This document shows, piece by piece, positions 7,898-16,600 of a DNA stretch of 28,868 nucleotides (within the stretch, counting starts at the first letter, position 1; each line of letters opens with the position of its first letter). Where the stretch lies: positions 1-28,868 of the IMG/VR virus record IMGVR_UViG_3300036783_000240. One strand, written 5' to 3'. Under the pieces are notes generated by a model, which saw only the letters and a program-made list of their open reading frames with translations, searched no databases and was not told the origin of the DNA. This DNA comes from a virus (taxonomy: Duplodnaviria > Caudoviricetes). Made by a program: the position numbers and the translations under genes.

Positions 7898-8786
7898 CCT
7901 TTAATCCCCTGACTTCAGCGAGCACGCGGGCGGCAGATTCACGAAGGACTGAAGGATAGCCAGGAAATCCTTCATCTAGTTCATTATAGTACTCCCCCTT
8001 ATTTTTACCAACACATTTTCTATTTTCTATACCGAACCAATTTACTAGATACTGACAGGCATCCCTTAGATTCTTCCACTCTGCTTGTTTTACTACAATC
8101 TGAACAAATCTATTTATCGATCTTTCAAATGAAGGTGTATCCATCCATGTTGGATGGAATAGGTTTCTGACCTTATCATTCTTGAATGATCTGTCATCTA
8201 GTACCTGTTCATAGAAAGTCTGCCAATTCCAGATGTCTCGATCTTTAAGTATCTCCAATACCCCTTCAGGTATCGAAGAAGAGGGAGGGCGGGCCGCGCG
8301 AGCGTGCGGACCCTTCCTGTCCTGATTGAGAGACTCTAAAGAGACTACTTTAGTAGTCTCTTTAGAGTCTATCTGGGTTGAAGCGGACTTCACCCTTCCT
8401 AGTGAAGTGGACTTCACCCTTCCGGGGCCGGAATCTGGCGGTTTCCTGCCGATTTTTCCATCGGAGGGGAGCATCGAAAACTGGGGGATGTACTCGTTCG
8501 CGGTGCCGCGATGCGGGCTCGCGGGGCGCTTCACCTTGAAGAAGCCAAGTGCTTCCAGATGTTGGATCGCGGTGATGATGGTGCGTTTGGAGTATCCCAG
8601 CCACTCAGCCATTTTATCGAGTGACGGATGTGCGTGTCCTTTAATGACATATATACTTAGAAGATATTCACTGACTCTTGCGGCAGAGAATGTCATGCTG
8701 GGATAGTGTGTTATTACACGCTTTAGTTTGTTGACCTTTTCTTTGTCATGTAGAACAAATGGAATAACGTTTGTGGCTGTGGGCAT
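7890..8786 (-). CDS. HTH-domain phage replication initiator-like protein
   Basis: N-terminal winged HTH (AHPSLDKMAEWLGYSKRTIITAIQHLEALGFF...NEY) followed by a linker encoding DNA direct repeats, as in lambda O-type initiators; GGAGG RBS. Confidence 0.7.
   Translation of the reverse strand: MPTATNVIPFVLHDKEKVNKLKRVITHYPSMTFSAARVSEYLLSIYVIKGHAHPSLDKMAEWLGYSKRTIITAIQHLEALGFFKVKRPASPHRGTANEYIPQFSMLPSDGKIGRKPPDSGPGRVKSTSLGRVKSASTQIDSKETTKVVSLESLNQDRKGPHARAARPPSSSIPEGVLEILKDRDIWNWQTFYEQVLDDRSFKNDKVRNLFHPTWMDTPSFERSINRFVQIVVKQAEWKNLRDACQYLVNWFGIENRKCVGKNKGEYYNELDEGFPGYPSVLRESAARVLAEVRGLKDE
8331..8423. repeat. putative replication origin: 19-bp perfect inverted repeat plus two 21-bp iteron-like direct repeats
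   Basis: AGACTCTAAAGAGACTACT-TT-AGTAGTCTCTTTAGAGTCT (8331-8370); TGAAGYGGACTTCACCCTTCC at 8379-8399 and 8403-8423. Confidence 0.65.
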
Positions 8787-8847
8787 AAAGTTCCTCCACC
8801 GTCTAAAATCTTAGACGATCAATCAGGAGAAACATTGATTTGAGGGC

Positions 8848-8877
8848 TTGACTCGGCGGAAGGCCCGCCCTTATAAT
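8848..8877 (+). promoter_or_regulatory. sigma70-like promoter TTGACT-N18-TATAAT
   Basis: Near-consensus hexamers at 8848-8853 and 8872-8877 with no credible ORF downstream. Confidence 0.6.
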
Positions 8878-8883
8878 CAAGTC

Positions 8884-9040
8884 ATCAGTCAGTGTGTCGT
8901 TCACTGATTGACCGCCCAGCTAGTGTTGCAAGCACTGAACTGGCACTGAATTTGGGGTCGCATCTCGTGAGGGGATGCGACCCCAATATTCAACTTGGTG
9001 ACGATACTCCCGTCACTGCCCTATCGCCTATTATTTTTTA
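8884..9040 (+). ncRNA. putative structured small RNA
   Basis: Follows the promoter; consecutive hairpins (8885-8911, about 8916-8943, 13-bp stem 8952-8986, about 8997-9017), then a T-run at 9031-9039. Confidence 0.4.
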
Positions 9041-9099
9041 GTGGTAGTGACGGATGGTGACACCTCCAGAGGTTGTGTCACCAATTCGTCACTAATAAT

Positions 9100-10904
9100 G
9101 CGCTTCTTCTTGGGTTCTCGCACTAACGTTGGCTCGCGCTTGACTATTGGTTCTCGCGACAGTCAAGGCTCGCGCACCTTCCATAGTTCTCGCGAGGGGC
9201 AGTGGCTCGCTCTTTTGAGAGTTCTCGCTTGTCCTTTGGCTCGCGCACCATTTTGAGTTCTCGCAGTGTGTTTTGGCTCGCGCTTCCTCTAGGGTTCTCG
9301 CAATCGCGAAGGCTCGCGCGAAGGGGCTGGTTCTCGCATTGACTGGGGCTTTTTACACGCAACTGACTTGGTTCACGTTCGTATATCTGGCTCGCGCCGG
9401 ATGCTGGGTTCTCGCATTTACTGAGGCTCGTGCTATCTAGTAGGTTCACGCTGGGATGATGACTCACGCAGCAGTTTGAGTTCTCGCAGTAAGCAGGGCT
9501 CGCGCTCTGTTTTGAGTTCTCGCTGCCAATTGGGGCTCGCGCTAGGCATAAGGTTCACGCTAGCGATAAGGCTCACGCAGACTTCCTAGGTTCTCGCTTC
9601 GCCTTTGGTTCGCGCTTGGCACAAGGTTCTCGCTGGTGTTAAGGCTCACGCCCTGTTTTGAGTTCTCGCGTTCCATTACATGGCTCACGCTGCACTTTGA
9701 GTTCACGCTGTCTTTATGGTTCGCGCATTATATAGAGTTCTCGCACCGACATGGGCTCGCGCTACATTCTAGGTTCTCGCAATTTGCTGGGCTCGCGCAC
9801 TGGATAGAGTTCTCGCACATATCAGGGGCTCGCGCCGTTTAAATAGTTCTCGCGTTTATCACGGCTCACGCGTTTTTGAGAGTTCTCGCAACAATCTGGG
9901 TTTGCGTGGTCCTCCGGGCTCGCGCATGGTACAAGGTTCTCGCTTCCAAATTGGATCACGCGCGCTGCTAGGTTCTCGCAGGAGTCAAGGTTCACGCGGA
10001 TCGTTGGGTTCTCGCATCATATTGGGCTCACGCGGTAGAGCGGGTTCACGCTTCAACCAGGGCTCGCGCATGCAATTAAAGTTCTCGCACGGCATAGGGC
10101 TCGCGCATGTCCTTATAGTTCTCGCACCTCAGAGGGCTCGCGCTGACCACATGGTTCTCGCCATATAAAGGGCTCACGCGCATCTTTGAGTTCTCGCATT
10201 AGCAGTGGTTCGCGCCATGCTTTGGGTTCACGCTGACAACTAGGCTCACGCACTTGAACGGGTTCTCGTCCTTTGCTTGGTTCGCGCCGATCCCATGGTT
10301 CTCGCCTGTATTCAAGGCTCACGCACTCTGATTGGTTCTCGCGTTACACTTGGTTGACGCCATCGTCTTAGTTCTCGCAACAAAGTAGGCTCACGCATAA
10401 TTTCGGGTTCTCGCGTAGCTGTGGGTTCACGCTCCCTCTATAGTTCCCGCAGCAAATTTGGCTCGCGCTTTCCAAATAGTTCTCGCATTGGATATGGCTC
10501 ACGCGCAACCAATAGTTCTCGCAGGGGTTAGGGTTTAATGCGCCGCTAAAAAGGTTCTCGCATAAGGTAGGGCTCACGCGGATCGTTGGGTTCTCACACC
10601 ATATAGTGGTTCGCGCCCTTTTCTTAGTTCTCGCCGTGCTAGAGGCTTCGCGCTTTCCAGAGGGTTCACGCATAAGATATGGCTCGCGCAACCTGTTTAG
10701 TTCTCGCGTCATTTGAAGGCTCGCGCAGATCAAGGAGTTCTCGCGTCATGGAAGGCTCGCGCCAAACATAGGGTTCTCGCAAAATAACAGGCTCGCGCTT
10801 CTCTATAGGTTCTCGCCTCCTATCAGGCTCGCGCTTGCCATAGGGTTCTCGCAACCAACTGAGGCTCGCGCCCGGTTTTTGGTTCTCGCTCACCACCAAG
10901 GGCT
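9100..10904 (-). ncRNA. TIGR-like dual-repeat guide RNA array 1 (about 49 units of 36 nt)
   Basis: Alternating 9-nt repeats RGTTCTCGC and GGCTCRCGC (plus strand) separated by variable spacers, mostly 9 nt; indels break every reading frame. Strand is inferred from the flanking genes and the promoter of array 2. Confidence 0.85.
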
Positions 10905-10928
10905 GGAATCTTTTTGAACGTTCTTGAC

Positions 10929-10960
10929 TTGACAATCGTTGAATCCCTAACTATTAGGGA
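10929..10960 (+). promoter_or_regulatory. promoter-like TTGACA-N17-TATTAG with the inverted repeat TCCCTAA-CTA-TTAGGGA over the -10
   Basis: -35 at 10929-10934, -10 at 10952-10957, inverted repeat at 10944-10960. Confidence 0.45.
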
Positions 10961-11045
10961 CCGCAGCGGTAGATGGGGCTGGGAAAATCCTGCCACTACG
11001 CGGTGAGCCACAGGCCCGCGAAGCCACCGATCTACCTGACGGGAC

Positions 11046-11089
11046 AAGACCCTGGCTATGTGCGGTATCGTACAGGCCGGGGTCTTTTT
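11046..11089 (+). terminator. intrinsic terminator-like hairpin
   Basis: AAGACCCTGGC...GCCGGGGTCTT stem ending in a T5 run, convergent with the gcrA stop. Confidence 0.5.
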
Positions 11090-11595
11090 CATTCTGCCGC
11101 CACCACCGCACGGCTGTAGGAACTGAAGGCAATTTGGTGATGCTCCTTGCAATAGGGGCCGTTTTGGTTGGGCTCGATCTTCTTACCGCACCATTTGAAG
11201 CCGGGAACCCGTGGATCGCCTAGAGGCCAGCGACAGTCACGGTGGCCCAGCCTCTCTAGCGGATGTAAGGGTTTGACCCTTACCGGTTCCGGTTCTATTT
11301 CTACCGGTTCTGTCACCACATTGACTTTTTTCGGAGACGGTTTTGTCACCTTTTCTGTGGTGGCTTCTTGCGTATTTTTTGGCTGTTGTGTTTTGGGTTT
11401 TGATTTTGTTTCCTCTTTGGTGGTTTTTGTTCTAGCAGTTGCGGGGAGGCTACCGGACTTGCGCAACCGCGCAATCTTAGAGGCTACTGCACCCGGCAGG
11501 CAACCAAAATGTTCGGCAATAAGTTTGGTATTATCGCCATTGATCACCATATCAATTAATTCGGATGTCTTCTCAGTTGTCCAATGATCGGGCAA
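11089..11595 (-). CDS. gcrA: GcrA family cell-cycle regulator
   Basis: N-terminal WTTEKTSELIDM...IAEHFG...AVASKIARL and C-terminal LERLGHRDCRWPLGDP...KWCG...PYCKEHHQIAF are GcrA signatures; TTG start with AAGGA. Confidence 0.9.
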   Translation of the reverse strand: MPDHWTTEKTSELIDMVINGDNTKLIAEHFGCLPGAVASKIARLRKSGSLPATARTKTTKEETKSKPKTQQPKNTQEATTEKVTKPSPKKVNVVTEPVEIEPEPVRVKPLHPLERLGHRDCRWPLGDPRVPGFKWCGKKIEPNQNGPYCKEHHQIAFSSYSRAVVAAE

Positions 11596-11635
11596 TTGGC
11601 GATCCTTTCAGGATTTGGTTTAACGGAGTAATATA

Positions 11636-11878
11636 GTGGCAAAAAGTGAGATTGTCGAGAGAATCAAGGACTTACGGACCCGCAGGATGAACCTGTCCCA
11701 GTCCGAGTTCTGCGACCGTTACGGGTTATTGCTGGAGACATACAAGAAATGGGAGCAGGGGGCTAGGGCGCTCGATGCCGTGGTGGTGCTCTATTTGGAG
11801 ATGATCCTGATCGACCCGGAGGGTATGGCCGGCATGGTCCAGAAGGTCAACTGGCGGCGGCAACTGAAGGCGGCGTGA
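11636..11878 (+). CDS. XRE/Cro-like HTH transcriptional regulator
   Basis: IKDLRTRRMNLSQSEFCDRYGLLLETYKKWEQG; GGAG RBS; divergent from gcrA. Confidence 0.85.
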   Translation: MAKSEIVERIKDLRTRRMNLSQSEFCDRYGLLLETYKKWEQGARALDAVVVLYLEMILIDPEGMAGMVQKVNWRRQLKAA

Positions 11879-12005
11879 CACCTACCCTTGGCGGTGCCAT
11901 GCCGCCGCAGCCCGCTAAATAAGGTGTCAAGCCCCTTGTGCGCCCGTTCACAAAGTGTTACTCCTCGACCTTAAGGGGAAGCCTACCGCATAGGACAGCG
12001 GCGCT

Positions 12006-12626
12006 ATGGCATGGCATGTCATCCGCACCACTTCCAATCAAGAACGCCAAGTATCAAAAGACCTACAAGACCAGAACATTCCCGCCTTTTGCCCGATGAC
12101 TACGGTTTCTGTAGTACGGCGCGGCAAATCCACCGAAAGTTATCAAGCACTTTTCCGAAACTATGCTTTCGGGAATTGGGAGTCTGATGATCCGCACCAA
12201 TGGCATGCGGTAAACAAAACTTCCGGTGTTGTTAATATTATCGGCGGTGAAAAACCGGTACCGGTAGTCCCTGGTGAAATAGAATCTTGGCAGCGCCGCG
12301 CCCAAGAACGCGACATTATCGGTGACTTAACCGAGACAGTTGCCGATCTAAGGCGGGGTTATCGAATAGGCAGTGAAGTTCGATTACAGCGCGGCCAAAT
12401 GGATGCGATGACCGGCATTGTTGTCTGGGTTGATGATGTGGCCCAGACGGTTGGTATCAGGCTCGATCTATTAGGACGCCAGCCAATAGTGGTACGCAGA
12501 CAACGCGATGTTGAGTCTACTGCCAAACCAATTCCGCTAAATCACAAACGGCGGACACGCGGAGGCAAGCGCGGCACCAAAGTAAGACAGCGCGCTTTTG
12601 CCAATCATGTTGCAAGTTTACTTTGA
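12006..12626 (+). CDS. NusG-family transcription antiterminator (probable late-gene regulator)
   Basis: NGN domain (WHVIRT...QE...AFCP...ALFRNYAF...TSGVVNII) plus a KOW-like C-terminus (GSEVRLQRGQM...GIV...LDLLGR); sits at the head of the late region. Confidence 0.85.
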   Translation: MAWHVIRTTSNQERQVSKDLQDQNIPAFCPMTTVSVVRRGKSTESYQALFRNYAFGNWESDDPHQWHAVNKTSGVVNIIGGEKPVPVVPGEIESWQRRAQERDIIGDLTETVADLRRGYRIGSEVRLQRGQMDAMTGIVVWVDDVAQTVGIRLDLLGRQPIVVRRQRDVESTAKPIPLNHKRRTRGGKRGTKVRQRAFANHVASLL

Positions 12627-12644
12627 AATGCCGTCGTTTTGCAA

Positions 12645-12673
12645 TTGTCCTGAAGTAAAGTCTGGAATATAAT
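12645..12673 (+). promoter_or_regulatory. putative late promoter TTGTCC-N17-TATAAT
   Basis: Directly downstream of the NusG-like gene; followed by the hairpin CTTCTTCA/TGAAGAAG (12680-12706) and a GGAGGT RBS. Confidence 0.55.
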
Positions 12674-12727
12674 TCACTACTTCTTCACCTATCCTGGCTG
12701 AAGAAGGTTCTTTGGAGGTGTATTTTC

Positions 12728-13369
12728 ATGCCAACGTATGATGTTGTTATTGTCGGGAAGGCGCATCTTCCTGAGCCGAGTCAGGGGCCGATTATCCCCG
12801 GTGGTGGCGGTGGTGGTGGTGAATCACCGCCGGGTTTCTGGGGTGGTTCTTCGCCGTGGCCCGGTTATCCGACACATCCTATTGCACCGGGCGGTGGTGG
12901 TGAGCATCCTGCTCATCCTATTGCACCGGGTGGTGGTCATCCGTCGCATCCTATTGCACCGGGTGGTTCACCACCGGGTATTTGGGGTGGGGGCAATGAA
13001 GGCTTCCCGACTAATCCAATTGTGATTCCGCCGGGGTTTATTGATGGTGTTCATCCCGAGCATCCCATCGTGATCCCGCCACCCAATGCACCGGGTATGC
13101 CGGCACATCCAATTGTGATTCCGCCGGAAGTTTATCCCCCGGATGCAAGGCCGGAACATCCGATTGTTATTCCACCTCCACCGGTTGTCTGGCCACCGCG
13201 CCCAACCCATCCAATAGTGGTTCCTCCAGAACCACAACCGCCGCAAGTACTGGAGAATTGGGAAGTTGTGGCGTATTGGACTCCCGAAAGCGGCTGGGCA
13301 ATGGCTATTGTGCCTACTGAATCACAGCCCGGTCATCCGTCACCTACCACAAGGACATCAGGGGATTAA
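12728..13369 (+). CDS. Pro/Gly/His-rich repeat protein
   Basis: HPIAPGG x3 and (H/N)PIV(I/V)PP x5; strong GGAGGT RBS. Confidence 0.8.
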   Translation: MPTYDVVIVGKAHLPEPSQGPIIPGGGGGGGESPPGFWGGSSPWPGYPTHPIAPGGGGEHPAHPIAPGGGHPSHPIAPGGSPPGIWGGGNEGFPTNPIVIPPGFIDGVHPEHPIVIPPPNAPGMPAHPIVIPPEVYPPDARPEHPIVIPPPPVVWPPRPTHPIVVPPEPQPPQVLENWEVVAYWTPESGWAMAIVPTESQPGHPSPTTRTSGD

Positions 13370-13479
13370 ACCCTGGCGGTGAGTAAGTAAATGGGGGCGA
13401 AGTCGGTTTAATATAAACCGGCTTCGCTTCATTACATGCGAATGATGAGGGTTTTTTGATAGGCATAGGGGATAAGCCA

Positions 13480-13677
13480 ATGTCGAGCGAGCCTTGGTCA
13501 TCGCAGCGGTGGTCTTATAGCGAATTAGTGACACTTGATTTAAGGCGATTACGTCCGGTACTACGAGATTTGTCACCAAGTGATCGTGACAATGTAGTCA
13601 AGAAGATGCGCGAGGCTTATCCATTATTACTGATCGATCTGACACCACGCGGTGATCTGCGTATTGAGTCACTGTAA
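13480..13677 (+). CDS. hypothetical protein
   Basis: ATG 13480 with GGGGA upstream; stop overlaps the next start (TAATG). Confidence 0.55.
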   Translation: MSSEPWSSQRWSYSELVTLDLRRLRPVLRDLSPSDRDNVVKKMREAYPLLLIDLTPRGDLRIESL

Positions 13678-16600
13678 TGCTATTACACATTCACCGTACC
13701 AGAGATGAGGACGATCCGGGACAGGGACATTCTGTACTTAATCCATCGATTTTTAATGGCGATAAATTAAAGCCCGCAGTACGGGACAAATTACTGTCCG
13801 ATGCGGCTAGGTTCCAGCAATTCCTCAAAGTACCAAATCTGCCGGTCACCGATGTCATATTGACCGGATCGAATGCCTCTTACAATTATACACCAGAGTC
13901 GGATATCGATGTCCACCTCTTGGTAGATTTTACCAAGCTGCCATTCTCCGATATTGCCGACAATTATTTTATGGCCGAGAAGAAGGTCTGGCAGGATAAC
14001 TACGATTCACGTATCTATAATATGCCAGTCGAATTCTATGTACAAGATACCCGTGGTGCGGATCGCTTGACCGCGAATGGTGTTTATTCACTGACACAGA
14101 ATAAATGGACTAAATATCCGAAAACATTATCGTATGCCGATCCCAAGGCAGTCGATGCCAAATATAATGACTACAAACATCGTATTGATACGTTGTTGGC
14201 AGGACTGCATACGATTAAGCAGATCGATGACTTAAGTGATAAGATTTATGACTTACGCAAATCGGGATTGAAGAAGGGTGGCGAACTCTCGGTTGAGAAT
14301 GTCACATTCAAGAAGCTGCGAAACAATGGTGATTTGCGCCGGCTTGATGATGAACAGAACCGGTTGACCAGCCGCGAATTGTCACTGAGCGCAACTAAGG
14401 ATGCTTATGATCCAAGTGAGAAGCGCGATCCCGGTGGTAAGTGGACATCTGGCGGTGGTGGTTCCAAAAAACAAGCAGACCCACCAACCACATTGTTTGC
14501 TTCACCTAATGTTGAAGAGCATCTGACATTTGAACAAGCGGTTAAAGGACTACAATCGCCCAGACAAAAACTCTTAGCGGCATTCTCGCACGATATCGAT
14601 AAGACACTTGGTATTAATGATGTTCGTATCAATCATGTAGTTGGTGCTTGGGCCGATGGTGCCGAGAATTCGGTGATGACCAATACGGCTCGTGCCGATC
14701 CTGATATTGAGAAAGTCGCTGCTGCTGCCAAGGGCTTTCTGGCTGATCAGAAAGCTGTGTTGTTGTTTCGTCCTGATGAGAACGGCCATGAGTTTATGGC
14801 CCAGTTTCGTACTAAGGGTGATTTAGGCGATATTCACCAACAATTATTGGATGACGGAGTCCAGTTTCATACATTGGAGCCGCGTGGCAGCGATGTAATT
14901 ATCCATGTCTATGGTGACAGTCCGCAGACCTTGGAAGTTGTGTCAAAGGCGGCAAAGCGTTATAATGCGCAAGTTGATGTCCACCCTGGCAATGGAGCAT
15001 TCATTGGCACTACCAAAGAAGACGGCACCGACGAAGAGCAGCGGGAAGACGCAAGATCAATCTACACCAAAACCATTGAAGGAGTGGCAGCTACCGGAAA
15101 ATTGCCAGATAAGTGGCGAACTCAGTGGCAGAACTATATCGATAATTGGCAACGCCAAACCGGACGCCAAGCCACAGGAGGAATAGCCGAATCAAAGGAT
15201 GAATTCGATCCTAGTCAGGAGCGCGATCCCAGTGGTAAGTGGACATCTGGTGGTGGTAGTAGCACTTCCACTACCAGTCACAATGTTCCGCAGAAGCGGC
15301 TTGATGAATTAAAGTCACAAGGCTTTGACACCTCCCGAGTGTTGTATCACCAAACTTCAACTGAAGCCAAAAGCCATATATTGGAGGATGGGTTTGACTT
15401 AAACAAGGGACGTGAGATTTTAACCGATGAGGCGGTTCCTGATGGTGTGTTTCTAAAGCCGACCGATGCCAATATTGGCGTTGAGGGTGCCGAGCAGATA
15501 CCCTTATTTGCTAAGATGAAGAACACCCTCAAAGTATTTACCCAAAAGCAACTGAAAGATAAGTTGAGCGGGCAGGATGAAGAGTACAGGAAGTTAGCGG
15601 CTACTGCCACTAAGACTGATCGTGATTTTGCCGAAGAGGAAAAGAAGTTTAAGAGTGTAAGAGGACTTCCGCCGGGTGAAAGAGAGCAGTTGATTGCCGA
15701 TAAAGAAGAATTCTTTAAACGGTGGAATGCCGAGAATGAAAGGACGAGCACAGCGGCGCGCAAGCGGGCGACCCAAGTATTAAAAGACCAAGGATATGAT
15801 TCGGTTGAAATATCTCAGGATGTCGGCGGCTTTGGTAAAGGCGCGACTAAAACCATTATTGTATTTGGTGGTGAGAATAGTATAGCGCATGCCGAAGGCG
15901 ATGCCAAGGTTCTGCCGATCAAAGGACTGACTACCAAAGATTATGACCCGAGTGAGAAGCGCGATCCCGGTGGCAGGTTTGCGACTGGTGGTACCAGTAC
16001 GTCAAGTATGACCGGGCATAATCCGTTTATGCATCATCCGATGGCCCGAGGTGGGCAGTTATTTTCGATCCATGGCACTGAAGGTGAAGACCCGAAGCAG
16101 GCCGCACCGTATCACAAACCCGAGTTTCGCGGTTATGATTCAGCCGACCCGGACCAATATCCTAATGAACAAAGGCGGCGGGGTTGGCATTTAGAAACCG
16201 GTGGTGCTAATGAAGTCCGTAAATTAGAGGGGGAGTGGATATCGGGTGGCGCTCCCGGTGGCAATCCGGCCAATGTCCAGCCAGCCGGCGGCACCTTACC
16301 TTATGTCATTACCAAACCGCGCAAACGCTGGCAATTTGTTCATCTCTATACCTATGACGGCAAATTTAGTATAAGCTTTGGACGGACCAAAGATAAAGAG
16401 CCGTTCGATGAGACAAAGCACCCGCAAGCCCCAGCCGGCGCGCCAGGAGGCAAAGGCGGACAATTCGTCAGCAAAGGGGAAGGAACTGGTGGAAGCGGTG
16501 CTGCTGCAACTGCTAAAGCATCACCACGAGAAAGCACGGAGACGGAGCGAAAGGCTGAGACGGAGACTCCGAAACCTCCGGTAAATCTAAGTCATGAGCT

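Noticed and set aside
9100-10904. CRISPR array
   Set aside because: Repeats and spacers are 9 nt with two alternating repeats, whereas CRISPR has one repeat of roughly 23-50 nt with longer spacers; no cas genes are present.
9041-10935. ORFs over array 1 with REPxxx, CENxxx or GSRxxx hexapeptide periodicity
   Set aside because: They are by-products of the 18-nt sub-period. They appear in several frames on both strands, are broken by frequent indels and stops, and lack RBSs; conservation is at nucleotide level.
10974-11030. HDV-like or twister ribozyme in the structured element
   Set aside because: Partial P1/P3-like pairings exist, but there is no P2 partner or recognisable catalytic core.
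10823-11152. Minus-strand ORF running from the gcrA stop into array 1 (possible ATG at 11092)
   Set aside because: The ATGA overlap is suggestive, but the peptide has no recognisable features, crosses strong RNA hairpins and ends in repeat sequence, so it is left uncalled.
11644-11652. AAGTGAGAT, complementary to the duplicated spacer ATCTCACTT, in the XRE gene as a possible self-target
   Set aside because: The partner spacer match is not adjacent, and a lone 9-mer hit is expected by chance (about 0.2 per spacer in this window). I did not search all spacers exhaustively.
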